Virus record (IMG/VR): IMGVR_UViG_3300012933_000306
Span: 1-38,997 of that record
Length of the DNA: 38,997 nucleotides
Source: a virus
Strand: one strand, 5' to 3'
The position numbers and the translations under genes are program-made. Under the pieces are notes generated by a model that was not told the origin of the DNA, searched no databases, and saw only the letters and a program-made list of their open reading frames with translations. Position 1 is the stretch's first letter; each line of letters begins with the position of its first letter. Shown piece after piece: positions 26,028 through 34,940 of the stretch.

Positions 26028-26064
26028 GTTATTTTATTATTTGCTTTTATTATATCTTTGAGGT

Positions 26065-26445
26065 ATGGAAAAGAAGGATAAAAAAACTACTAAAAAACTA
26101 CCTGTAAGATTTACAGGTAAAGAGGGAAACAGCTTTTCCGCTACAAATCAACCTAGCCCACAGGCTAAGAGTGAAGGCTGGAAAGAGTTTCGCAAAAAAA
26201 GAATGTTAACACAGGAGCTTATAAAGTTGATGATCGGAAAGGACGGAAAACCAAACGACACTTTTAAAGGTTACCTTAAAAGCTTAGTGGTAAATGCTAA
26301 ATTAGGCAACGCAAAAGCCATTGAGGCGGTTAACAAATGTTTGGAGGACGACATTACAAAAATCGAGCTATCGGGCGAAGTGGCACAAAGGCAATTGATG
26401 ACCATTGACCCGCTTAAATTAGATGATGCAGATACAACCGACTAA
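26065..26445 (+). CDS. terS: Terminase small subunit (putative)
   Basis: 126-aa basic protein immediately upstream of and overlapping terL. The N-terminal NQPSP-containing basic segment is seen in small terminases. The call is mainly positional. Confidence 0.55.
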   Translation: MEKKDKKTTKKLPVRFTGKEGNSFSATNQPSPQAKSEGWKEFRKKRMLTQELIKLMIGKDGKPNDTFKGYLKSLVVNAKLGNAKAIEAVNKCLEDDITKIELSGEVAQRQLMTIDPLKLDDADTTD

Positions 26446-27667
26446 AGCACTCCGCAAAATAGCGGCTTTGCGCAAAAGGATTAAAGGCATACAAGGAGGA
26501 CAGGGGGCGGGTAAAACCTTTTCAATTCTTATGTTATTGGTTAATCATGCCTATTCAAATCCCAATAAAGAAATCTTTATCGCTAGTGAGGAACTTAGTA
26601 AAATGAGGATAACAGTAATAAAGGACTTTATTAATATTATGCGCTTATTTGACATATTCAACCCTACTTTATGGGTTGATGGCACTTTGTACCGCTTCGA
26701 CAATGGAAGCTTTATAAAGTTTATCGGATTAGATAAGGCCGACATTGGAAAGGGTTTAAGATCCGATATAATGTTTGTAAATGAGGCAAATAAAATCAAG
26801 TTCGACACTTACAGAGAATTAACCTCCAGAGCCAAACAGATATTTATTGACTTTAACCCAAACGCCAAATTTTGGTTTCATACTGAAGTAGAACCCCGTA
26901 ATGATTGCGACTTTATTAAATTAACCTTTGAGGATAACGAGTTTTTAAGCAAAGAGGAACGCGGGGAAATAATGCGCTATAAGGAAAAAGGCTTTAATAC
27001 TGACGGCACCATAAAATCCCAATATTGGGCGAATATGTGGCGCGTCTATGGATTGGGGGAAGTTGGACAGGTTGAAGGGCGAATTTATAATTGGAAGCCT
27101 ATACCGTTAGAAACCTATCAAGCAATTGAGAAAAGAGTTTATATAGGTTGCGATTGGGGAAAGGTTGACCCCTTTGCAATCGTTGAGTGCAAATATCATG
27201 ACGGCAATTTGTACGTGCATGAATTAAACTATGAAAGCGAAAACGAAATCGAAAGGCGATTAAGTCCTACCGAATTGCACCAAATCAAAGCAGGATCAAC
27301 AGAGGAAAACGAGGGTTTGATCGGATGGGTATTTAATCGGGTAAACGTTAAAAAGAACACAATTATAGTATGTGATAACAACAGGCCCAATAAAATTATA
27401 AGTTTGAGGAGGTCAGGCTGGGAGTATGCCGTAGCAGTTGGGGGTAAATCTAAACTACTTGACAGAATTGGGATGCTTAACGGCTTAAATGTATTTTACA
27501 CAGATGCGAGTAAAAATATAGAGTTTGAACAAGAGAATTACTGCTACTCCAAAGATAAATTTGGGGCCATACAAGAGGAGCCAACCGACCAAAACAACCA
27601 CACAATAGATGCAATCGCCTACGCAGTTCAACAGATGTTCGGCGATGGTATTATAAAAAATGTATAA
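26423..27667 (+). CDS. terL: Terminase large subunit (PBSX-like)
   Basis: Walker A is GGQGAGKT, with a Walker B-like segment DIMFVNEA. A C-terminal nuclease region carries acidic motifs (IGCDWG, HTIDAIAY). Confidence 0.9.
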   Translation: MMQIQPTKALRKIAALRKRIKGIQGGQGAGKTFSILMLLVNHAYSNPNKEIFIASEELSKMRITVIKDFINIMRLFDIFNPTLWVDGTLYRFDNGSFIKFIGLDKADIGKGLRSDIMFVNEANKIKFDTYRELTSRAKQIFIDFNPNAKFWFHTEVEPRNDCDFIKLTFEDNEFLSKEERGEIMRYKEKGFNTDGTIKSQYWANMWRVYGLGEVGQVEGRIYNWKPIPLETYQAIEKRVYIGCDWGKVDPFAIVECKYHDGNLYVHELNYESENEIERRLSPTELHQIKAGSTEENEGLIGWVFNRVNVKKNTIIVCDNNRPNKIISLRRSGWEYAVAVGGKSKLLDRIGMLNGLNVFYTDASKNIEFEQENYCYSKDKFGAIQEEPTDQNNHTIDAIAYAVQQMFGDGIIKNV

Positions 27668-27696
27668 CTTTATCAAAATATATTTAATTTTACTTT

Positions 27697-28992
27697 ATGG
27701 GACTACTTCAAAATATCTTTAATAGGTTTGTGGATTTACCGCAAGTGATTAGACAGAATGACGGCTACGTACCTGTACCGTTTACAACTATTTTGGATGC
27801 CTCCCCGCGATTTAATGACTATTTAACCGATGTGGCGTTAATGAATGCCGTATTGAAATCGCCAGCAGTGATGAAAGTTTTTGCGCTTCAATGCGACCTT
27901 TTCAGCCTTGCAAAAGTTTACGTTTATAACGATAAAGGCGAAGAAGTTCTAAATGATCCAGCAATTGACAGACTAAAAAAACCAAATAAGCTACAAAGCC
28001 AATCACAATTTTTTTGGGATTATATGTTTTGGAACATGTTAGGCACTGTTTATTTTTACCATGATAGCGAAATTGTAACCAATGATCAAGCCAATTTATT
28101 TTTTCTTGACCCCCGAAAGCTTACCTTTCCTGTTGAACTTGAAAGACAACAAGATAAATTTATTTTCTCCGATAAAACAATGGAGGAAATCGGCAAATTG
28201 CAAGCCACGTACAAATACGATGACGGCACCGAAATCAAAATACCGTTAAGCAATATCAGTACTATTACCGACCTTTCAAATGGTATGGGTAATTGGTGGA
28301 AAGGTCGCAGCCGCTTAGAATCTTTGTATAAAGTAATATCAAACAGCGAAAGCGCACTAGATTCTAAAAATATCAATGTAAGATACGCGGGTAAATTTAT
28401 GGTATCGGGCCAATCAGATGCGGACAATATCAGCCAATTGCCTATGAATGAGGAGGAAAAGCAAGATATTGAAAGCAAAATGAATGGCCGTAAACAAGTT
28501 TATGCCACTAAGTCAATGATTGATATTAGACGCTTCGTTACTAATATGGCCCAATTGGAACTAGGCAAAGCGTATTTAGAAGATTATTTTTTAATCGGCT
28601 CAATGTACGGCATACCTCGTGAAGTTTTAGAAGCCTATCAAAGCAGCACATATGAGAATCAGGAGAAGGCAAGAGGCGCCCACGTTTCTTATTGCTTACA
28701 ACCGAAAGGCGATCAATTTATGGATAGCATTTCAGACTTGTATGGATATAGAGAGGAGGACAAAAAATTGGTAATTGGTTGGGATCACTTACCATTCATG
28801 CAGGTATTTGAAAAAGATAGAGCCGAGGTTGAACGTAAGAAAATCGAAACTTTGACAAGTATGTTGAAAATTAATATACCTTTGGATGAATGTAACGCAT
28901 TCCTAGACACAAATTTTAAAACGGCTCAATATGTCGCAACAAATAAAAACGCAACTAACACTGGAACAAATCAAGGCAATCAAGGAAACTAA
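27697..28992 (+). CDS. Portal protein
   Basis: 431 aa, located between terL and the prohead protease. Its size and position are typical of HK97-type portals. Confidence 0.8.
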   Translation: MGLLQNIFNRFVDLPQVIRQNDGYVPVPFTTILDASPRFNDYLTDVALMNAVLKSPAVMKVFALQCDLFSLAKVYVYNDKGEEVLNDPAIDRLKKPNKLQSQSQFFWDYMFWNMLGTVYFYHDSEIVTNDQANLFFLDPRKLTFPVELERQQDKFIFSDKTMEEIGKLQATYKYDDGTEIKIPLSNISTITDLSNGMGNWWKGRSRLESLYKVISNSESALDSKNINVRYAGKFMVSGQSDADNISQLPMNEEEKQDIESKMNGRKQVYATKSMIDIRRFVTNMAQLELGKAYLEDYFLIGSMYGIPREVLEAYQSSTYENQEKARGAHVSYCLQPKGDQFMDSISDLYGYREEDKKLVIGWDHLPFMQVFEKDRAEVERKKIETLTSMLKINIPLDECNAFLDTNFKTAQYVATNKNATNTGTNQGNQGN

Positions 28993-29030
28993 GATAGCTA
29001 AAATTGCAAATCAGGAAATTATTAATAAAC

Positions 29031-29918
29031 ATGGTAAACAAAATTCAAATCCCTCAATTCGCTAGTAAAGCCGAGCTTCACGCATGGCTATACGAAAACA
29101 AATCTTTGCTTTTAGAGCAGAAAAAGGCTATTACCAAAGAGGCGGACACAGTTCCGTTTGTTGTGGATGAACAACCTTTAAGCGACAAAACCCAATCAGC
29201 TGATAAAGCCGCGCCAATGACGACTAACAGCGATAATGGCGAAGATTCAGAGATGGAGGGCGTGATTAAAGCAAAATTAGTGATCAACACTACTAATGTG
29301 ATTGATAGCCATATGGATTGCCATATGAAAGGCATTTGGAAAAAGTCCTTGAATGAGAAAAAGCAATTTTATCTATGTCAAGAACATAGCCTAACATTTA
29401 AGGGTATCATTACCGATAAGGTAAAAGCCTATACAAAAAGCATTGCTTGGAACAAATTAGGCGCACCATATGAAGGCAATACAGAGGCTTTAATGTTTGA
29501 CGCTGAAATAGATTCAGACAGAAACGAATACATGTTTGAGCAATACGCAAAAGGCCGTGTGATGAATCACAGCGTAGGAATGCGATATGTAAAGGTGTTT
29601 ATGTGCGTGAATAGCGACCAAAAATATTATGCTGAAGAAAAAGCTAATTGGGATAAATACTATCCTGAAGTAGTAAACAAAGAAGTAGCAGATCAAGCAG
29701 GTTATTTTTGGGCTGTTACTGAAGCAAAAGTAGTTGAAGGGTCAGCTGTTGTGATGGGTTCTAATACTTGGACTCCAACAATGGACATGACTGAAAAAAA
29801 TATTGACGAGCCGACTGATGACGATCAGAACACTCCGAAAGCCGAGCCGCTGAATAATAGCACTCAAACCCAAACAGAAACGCCGAAAGGCACATTTTTA
29901 AACCCAAATCTTTATTAA
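29031..29918 (+). CDS. Prohead (head maturation) protease, HK97/S78-like (the track ORF begins at TTG 29004)
   Basis: The NVIDSHMDCHMKG motif resembles the D-x-H-x-D pattern of prohead proteases. It lies between the portal and major capsid genes. Confidence 0.7.
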   Translation: MVNKIQIPQFASKAELHAWLYENKSLLLEQKKAITKEADTVPFVVDEQPLSDKTQSADKAAPMTTNSDNGEDSEMEGVIKAKLVINTTNVIDSHMDCHMKGIWKKSLNEKKQFYLCQEHSLTFKGIITDKVKAYTKSIAWNKLGAPYEGNTEALMFDAEIDSDRNEYMFEQYAKGRVMNHSVGMRYVKVFMCVNSDQKYYAEEKANWDKYYPEVVNKEVADQAGYFWAVTEAKVVEGSAVVMGSNTWTPTMDMTEKNIDEPTDDDQNTPKAEPLNNSTQTQTETPKGTFLNPNLY

Positions 29919-29919
29919 G

Positions 29920-31149
29920 ATGGTATTTACTTACAAAAATGAAGCTGAATTGAGTGCTATGACTCCAGAGCAAAGAGATGCTTATGGAACTGAAAAGCGT
30001 CAATTCGAAGCTGAAACAAGACAAAAAGAAACTGAAGCTGCTATTGAAAAAGCATTAGCAGGCGCAGTATCTTCTAAAGAAGTAGCGGAAATCCGTGAAT
30101 CTTTAAACCAAATCAAAGAAACTTCTACTTTAGGAGCTTCTAAAGAAGTATCTGTATCAAAGCAAATCGCTGCGAAAAAAGATATTTTAAAGGCATTAGC
30201 TAGTCGCACCAACATTTCTGAAAAGGAAGTTGAAATCACTACTAAGGCTTTATCTAATCGCGCTTCTATCGGCGACAACGAACAAGCGTTCGACTTGCCA
30301 GATATCGGAAAGTTAGCGACTAGAAAATTAGTTATGTACGATATTTTCCCTAAGTTGACTATTGCTTCAAGCAATAACAACGGAACTATCCGTTACTATG
30401 ACTGGGATCAGGCAACAACTGTACGTGCAGCTGCAATGGTAGCTGAAGGTACTGCTTTCCCTGAATCAACTGCTAAGTTTCAAAAGTATTCTATTCCTTT
30501 ACAGAAAGTAGGCGATACTTTACCTGTAACTGAAGAATTTTTTGAAGATGAGCAAATGTTTGCAGCTGAATTAGGTCTTTTCTTAGAAACTAACGTTGCT
30601 TTGAAAATTGACGACCAATTAGCTAATGGAGATGGTACTGGCAATAACCTTAAAGGTGTATTCGCTTCTGTACCTGCATTCACTGCTCCACAAGCTGGAA
30701 TCCAAGATGCAAGCATCTACGACTTAATCGTTAAGGTTAAAGAATCAATCACTGCAACTGGTGGTGCTAAATACACTCCTGATGTAGCGTTTATGAACAT
30801 CGTTGACATTAACAAGATGAAGTTGAAAAAAGATACTTACAATAACTACATTATCCCTCCATTTGCAACAGTAGGCGGACAAGTAGTTGACAGTATTTTA
30901 GTAATTGAGTCAAACAATGTAACTGCTAATACTTTTGTATTAGGCGACAGAAGATTTGCTAGAATCTACGAAAAAGGTGGATTTGAGCTTTCTCAAGGCA
31001 TGGTTGGTACTCAATTTACTGAAGATGAAATGACTTTGAAAGTGCGTAAGCGTTTAGCTTTCTTAATCCGTAACGTAGACGCTACTGGTTGGAAGAAAGT
31101 AACAAGCATTTCAGCTGCTTTAGTAACTTTGGCTTCTACTCCTTCATAG
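29920..31149 (+). CDS. Major capsid protein, HK97 fold, with an N-terminal delta (scaffold-like) domain
   Basis: 409 aa. The N-terminal coiled-coil segment (EQRDAYGTEKRQFEAETRQKETEAAIEKAL) is followed by a capsid body. It directly follows the protease gene. Confidence 0.85.
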   Translation: MVFTYKNEAELSAMTPEQRDAYGTEKRQFEAETRQKETEAAIEKALAGAVSSKEVAEIRESLNQIKETSTLGASKEVSVSKQIAAKKDILKALASRTNISEKEVEITTKALSNRASIGDNEQAFDLPDIGKLATRKLVMYDIFPKLTIASSNNNGTIRYYDWDQATTVRAAAMVAEGTAFPESTAKFQKYSIPLQKVGDTLPVTEEFFEDEQMFAAELGLFLETNVALKIDDQLANGDGTGNNLKGVFASVPAFTAPQAGIQDASIYDLIVKVKESITATGGAKYTPDVAFMNIVDINKMKLKKDTYNNYIIPPFATVGGQVVDSILVIESNNVTANTFVLGDRRFARIYEKGGFELSQGMVGTQFTEDEMTLKVRKRLAFLIRNVDATGWKKVTSISAALVTLASTPS

Positions 31150-31182
31150 TTTTAATAGCTTAATAGTATAATACAAACAAAC

Positions 31183-31386
31183 ATGAAAACAATAGTATTT
31201 ACACAGGATTACGCAAGTAAAAAAGTCGGCGATGAAATGCAAGTTGACAGCATGTTAGCGGTAACGTTAATAGAGGAAAAAGTTGCAAAAATCAAGACTG
31301 AAAAAGTTGCTGTATCTAAATTAGAAAAACCTGTTGAAATAGTAGAGGAAGAAGTTAAATCGGTATCAAAGCCAAAGAAAAAATAA
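31183..31386 (+). CDS. Small K/E-rich protein (67 aa), hypothetical head-associated
   Basis: ORF in the track. The call is from position only. Confidence 0.55.
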   Translation: MKTIVFTQDYASKKVGDEMQVDSMLAVTLIEEKVAKIKTEKVAVSKLEKPVEIVEEEVKSVSKPKKK

Positions 31387-31399
31387 AGGCTCACACAGT

Positions 31400-31954
31400 A
31401 TGAATAATATTATCAATAATACTGCTTTTGTAGGACGCTATCAGGTAGCTAATTTTGACGACCCAACGGTTAGTTTGGAATTAGACTACTTGATAGCAAC
31501 CTATCAAGAGGAATATTTAAGAACCTTGCTAGGCCCAGACATTTATAGTCTTTTTGCTGCTTGGTACGACAGTACAGAACCTAGACCTGAAAACGTTGAA
31601 TTTGAATTCCTTTTATCGGGAGGAAATTTCGTTTCAAGGGAAGGGGTGCCATTATACGCACCGCCAATAAGCCAAGCAATTACTGCTTACGTTTATTGCA
31701 AGTGGCAGGAATGGAACTATACGCAAACCGTATCAATGGGAGAAGTTAAAACAGAATCACAAAATGCTTTAATTTCATCCGCTAGACTTAAAGTCGTAGA
31801 TGCTTGGAATTACCTTGTTAATGCCTCAATGTCTTATTGGTTGTATTTAAACAAACAATATGCTAATAATTCAACTTGGGCAACTTGGGAAAGAATAGCG
31901 AGAGAACATTATGTTCAAGACATTTATGTAAAACGTAATAGACTAGATATATAA
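31400..31954 (+). CDS. Hypothetical neck/head-tail connector protein
   Basis: 184-aa ORF between the capsid and tail genes. The function is positional inference. Confidence 0.55.
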   Translation: MNNIINNTAFVGRYQVANFDDPTVSLELDYLIATYQEEYLRTLLGPDIYSLFAAWYDSTEPRPENVEFEFLLSGGNFVSREGVPLYAPPISQAITAYVYCKWQEWNYTQTVSMGEVKTESQNALISSARLKVVDAWNYLVNASMSYWLYLNKQYANNSTWATWERIAREHYVQDIYVKRNRLDI

Positions 31955-32478
31955 TGAAAAGCAATACTATTATTGTTGATATATTTGAAAGTGTAGTTGA
32001 AAAGGTAACAGCTGCTTACGGATCTAATGTGCGTTATATGTACGGCCCCGTTGAGGAAATTGAAGCTAATTTAGTTAACTTGACAAGGGCGAAAGGTTTA
32101 CCCAATTCGAATGTAGAGGATAAATATCCATTAATTGCATTGTTTCAAGACTTTCCTGAAAAAAGGGGGGATGCGAATGGCTATTATGCAGATGTTACTA
32201 TCCCAATCATTTTAATTGCGACTTTAACCGACAATAAGTATAAAGCGCCAGAAAGATACGAACACAGCTTTAAACCAATCCTTTATCCAATTTATAAGCT
32301 ATTCTTGCAAGAGATGGCGAAAAGCGGAAAAATTATTGGCAATGATCCAGATAGCTTTGACCATACAAAGTTTGACCGTTTATACTATGGTAGAAAAACA
32401 GTAGGAACAGCGTTAAACGATTATGTTGACGCAATTGAAATAAACAATCTTAGAATAACCGTTGCACAGTCTTGTTAG
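31954..32478 (+). CDS. Hypothetical neck/tail completion protein
   Basis: 174-aa ORF, start-stop coupled to the previous gene. The function is positional inference. Confidence 0.55.
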   Translation: MKSNTIIVDIFESVVEKVTAAYGSNVRYMYGPVEEIEANLVNLTRAKGLPNSNVEDKYPLIALFQDFPEKRGDANGYYADVTIPIILIATLTDNKYKAPERYEHSFKPILYPIYKLFLQEMAKSGKIIGNDPDSFDHTKFDRLYYGRKTVGTALNDYVDAIEINNLRITVAQSC

Positions 32479-32503
32479 GCTGTCAACACAATAATTTAAA
32501 AAT

Positions 32504-33433
32504 ATGGCATTCGATAATCCATGTCAGTTAGATGAAAACATCGTAAATACTGGCACAGAATGTAACGAGGCAATGGGGCCAACCGCATTGATCTTGTTAG
32601 GCGATACCAACATCGAGTACACTCCTGAACAAGTTGAAGGCAGTATGTTAGATGTTTTAGAAACTGCTATCCATGCAGCTGGTAAAGCTCGTGTTTACCC
32701 ATTATTTGGGAATAACGCACCAATCCGCGACATCCAAAACACAAACGGCGATAACGTTTTAGAAGAAATGCCTGATGGTTCTACTGCATTCGTAAGAAGC
32801 GGTAAATTCACTCGTTTGTTCTTAACTAAAGAGGGTGGCGATTGTTTAGGTAAAATCCTTTACCAAATGAACGGATCAACTTTAGGCTTTATTGAGGTGG
32901 ACGCAAACAATAAAGTTAAGATGCGTAAATTAGCAAACGGCAATTACAGCTTCATCCCTGTAAACATGATCGATGCTCCTTTACCTTCTTTGGCTTCATT
33001 TACAGAAGTGTATAAAAATGCTTTCAGAATGAACTTTGATCCTAAGTACTACATTAAAGAAGCGGTTACATTCGTGTCAACTGAAGATTTAACAGGCCTT
33101 AGCGGATTAGTAAGTGCTGGAGTATTTGCAGGTACACAAGCTGCATCAAGCACTTTTGTTTTTGTAAAAGTGCAATCACTTTGCGCTAATACTAACTTAG
33201 TGGCTGAATTCCCTACTCAAATTGTTGAAGTAGACAATTTTGTAGTGAAAGAAGGTAGCACTGTAATCACTCCTTCAGCTGTTGCAGTTGTAGGCGGAGA
33301 AGTTAAAATCACTTTTGCAGCTCAAACAAGTGGCGACGTTATCACTGTAACAGGTGCAGCGGCTTCTGTTTTAAATGCAAATGGTATCACTGGCTTTGAC
33401 ATTGTATCAGGCGTGTCTATCACTCTACCATAA
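32504..33433 (+). CDS. Major tail protein (putative) with a C-terminal Ig-like segment
   Basis: 309 aa, followed by a strong terminator and then small ORFs and the tape measure gene. The C-terminal beta-rich segment VVKEGSTVITPSAVAVVGGEVKITFAAQTSGDVITVTG looks Big/Ig-like. Confidence 0.65.
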   Translation: MAFDNPCQLDENIVNTGTECNEAMGPTALILLGDTNIEYTPEQVEGSMLDVLETAIHAAGKARVYPLFGNNAPIRDIQNTNGDNVLEEMPDGSTAFVRSGKFTRLFLTKEGGDCLGKILYQMNGSTLGFIEVDANNKVKMRKLANGNYSFIPVNMIDAPLPSLASFTEVYKNAFRMNFDPKYYIKEAVTFVSTEDLTGLSGLVSAGVFAGTQAASSTFVFVKVQSLCANTNLVAEFPTQIVEVDNFVVKEGSTVITPSAVAVVGGEVKITFAAQTSGDVITVTGAAASVLNANGITGFDIVSGVSITLP

Positions 33434-33457
33434 GGTAAAGCATTAATAGGAAAAAGG

Positions 33458-33487
33458 CCCCGATTGCAATATATCGGGGTTTTTTAT
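33458..33487 (+). terminator. Rho-independent terminator after the major tail gene
   Basis: CCCCGAT-tgcaatat-ATCGGGG (7-bp perfect stem), preceded by AAAAAGG and followed by TTTTTTTA. Confidence 0.8.
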
Positions 33488-33517
33488 TTACTTTTGATTA
33501 GATAAAAATAAAAAATT

Positions 33518-33748
33518 ATGGCAAAAATTAAATTACATGGCGTTTCTATCAACACAGAAGCGTTTAAAACGGCTAAATCTGTAAGTGAGGCTAACTTGTT
33601 TGCACATTTAGGAGAAGGCGCAGAAGCGGCTGAAAACGACCTTTTAGCAGTATTAAACATTGTGGATAAGAAAGCTAAAAAGGAAAAAGTTGAAGTAACT
33701 GTTGAAAACTTATCTGAAGTAGAAGAAAATGGCAATACAGGGGCTTAA
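33518..33748 (+). CDS. Hypothetical small protein (76 aa)
   Basis: ORF in the track. It overlaps the next ORF by 20 nt. Confidence 0.6.
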   Translation: MAKIKLHGVSINTEAFKTAKSVSEANLFAHLGEGAEAAENDLLAVLNIVDKKAKKEKVEVTVENLSEVEENGNTGA

Positions 33749-34184
33749 AAACCTAGCGGTTGGATTGGCTTCTATCGACATGGAGGAGGAGCAATACCGA
33801 ATCGTAGAAGATAATCGGGATGAAATTGTTTTGGCACAAGCCGAAGTATTATCAGAGGGTAAAGACAAAACAGGCCAACCTAGACAAGATCAATACCGAC
33901 CTTTTACTATTCAGTACAAACAGGAATTTGGTAAAGGCTTAGGACGTGTAGTTGACCGAGTTACGTTTTTTATGACGGGCAATTTGTATTATAGCTTATT
34001 TGCAAGGGTTACAAAACGCACTTATAGCGTTGAATCGCCTTTGCCAACCTATGGTAAAATGCTTGAAAGAATTGGTAAAAACAATTTCGGCCTTGACCCA
34101 CAGAGGCAAATAGCGTTTAGGGATGGAATTACAATTCCCAGACTTAGACAGGTATTTTTCGAAAAAACAGGGTTACGCTTGTAA
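33729..34184 (+). CDS. Hypothetical protein (151 aa), in the tail-assembly region
   Basis: ORF in the track with its own ATG. No motif recognised. Confidence 0.65.
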   Translation: MAIQGLKNLAVGLASIDMEEEQYRIVEDNRDEIVLAQAEVLSEGKDKTGQPRQDQYRPFTIQYKQEFGKGLGRVVDRVTFFMTGNLYYSLFARVTKRTYSVESPLPTYGKMLERIGKNNFGLDPQRQIAFRDGITIPRLRQVFFEKTGLRL

Positions 34185-34198
34185 TGAGGTAACCGCAA

Positions 34199-34324
34199 AC
34201 AGACGTGGCAGATTGGAAATGCTTATAACCGCCATCGCTAAAAAACCATAAGGCGGTTATTGACTACATTGGCGACAGGTAGCACCTGAATAAGTGGTTG
34301 TAGGTTCGAATCCTACCGTCTGTT
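34199..34324 (+). ncRNA. 126-nt tRNA-like element (canonical acceptor, D and T arms; aberrant 76-nt core; no recognisable anticodon arm)
   Basis: 7-bp closing helix ACAGACG (34199-34205) / CGTCTGT (34317-34323). U8 at 34206. D stem GCA (34208-10) / TGC (34220-22) with A14, G18G19 (34215-16) and A21. T arm GTAGG-TTCGAAT-CCTAC (34300-34316). Between the D and T arms lie 76 nt, including a 9-bp hairpin ATAACCGCC (34225-33) / GGCGGTTAT (34252-60) with an 18-nt loop. No CCA is encoded. Confidence 0.6.
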
Positions 34325-34338
34325 CAAACAACAACAAA

Positions 34339-34914
34339 ATGCAAGAACTAAGTTTCTCAACTTGTACTATAAACGAGATGATAGGCTTTATGTTTGACGG
34401 TAAGACGCACCCGAATTGGGATGAAATTTACTTAGAATATATTGACACATCTGGAATAGCCATAACGCAAGAATATGAATTGCTATTAGGCATTCACAAT
34501 TTACAAACTAGGTTAAATGCCGTACCTGAATACGTAAAAGTACAGACTGTTTGTTGGTACAATTTTAGACGTTTACATCCCGTAGCTACTGAACGATTAG
34601 CTAGATACGGTTATAAAATGCCTAAGACTGGCAACCCAATACCTGTATTAGCAAGAATTGAAAGCAAAGAAAAAAGGTTTCATCACGACATTAAGGTAAA
34701 AGAAGCCCAACTTGAAAAGCTAAGAGCATCACAAAAAACGGGCAAAGAAGGCAAAGAATCAAGACGTGAATTTATACGTTTACTAAATCATTTAGGCACA
34801 AAATACAGAGTTGATCGTGATAAAACTACGTGTGAAGAATTAGCTTTAATGGTAAAAGATATGAATGATGAAGCTTTAGCACAACAAATGGAGAGTATGT
34901 CAAGAGGAAAATAG
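34339..34914 (+). CDS. Hypothetical protein (191 aa), possible tail assembly chaperone (the track ORF starts at GTG 34294)
   Basis: ATG at 34339 (MQELSFSTCTINEM...) follows an A-rich leader. The GTG-extended N-terminus would be encoded by the T arm of the tRNA-like element. It lies directly upstream of the tape measure gene. Confidence 0.65.
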   Translation: MQELSFSTCTINEMIGFMFDGKTHPNWDEIYLEYIDTSGIAITQEYELLLGIHNLQTRLNAVPEYVKVQTVCWYNFRRLHPVATERLARYGYKMPKTGNPIPVLARIESKEKRFHHDIKVKEAQLEKLRASQKTGKEGKESRREFIRLLNHLGTKYRVDRDKTTCEELALMVKDMNDEALAQQMESMSRGK

Positions 34915-34940
34915 TTATCTTTATGATATAAATTTGATTT

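Noticed and set aside
33729-33748. Possible programmed frameshift (G/GT-type tail chaperone) at the 20-nt overlap of 33518..33748 and 33729..34184.
   Set aside because: The downstream ORF is in the +1 frame rather than the -1 frame and has its own ATG. No X_XXY_YYZ slippery heptamer is present in GAAGTAGAAGAAAATGGCAATACAGGGGCTTAA.
34290-34330. attP core of a tRNA-integrating temperate phage.
   Set aside because: No integrase, excisionase-integrase pair or repressor ORF was found. The 5' acceptor strand and D arm are also present, so this is a full fold rather than a 3' tRNA fragment. It is kept only as a minor alternative under the tRNA-like finding.
34294-34338. GTG-started N-terminal extension of ORF 34294..34914 (MVVGSNPTVCSNNNK).
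   Set aside because: These codons are the T arm and 3' acceptor strand of the tRNA-like element. GSNP is the well-known translation artefact of GGTTCGAATCC. The ATG at 34339 with an A-rich leader is the better start.
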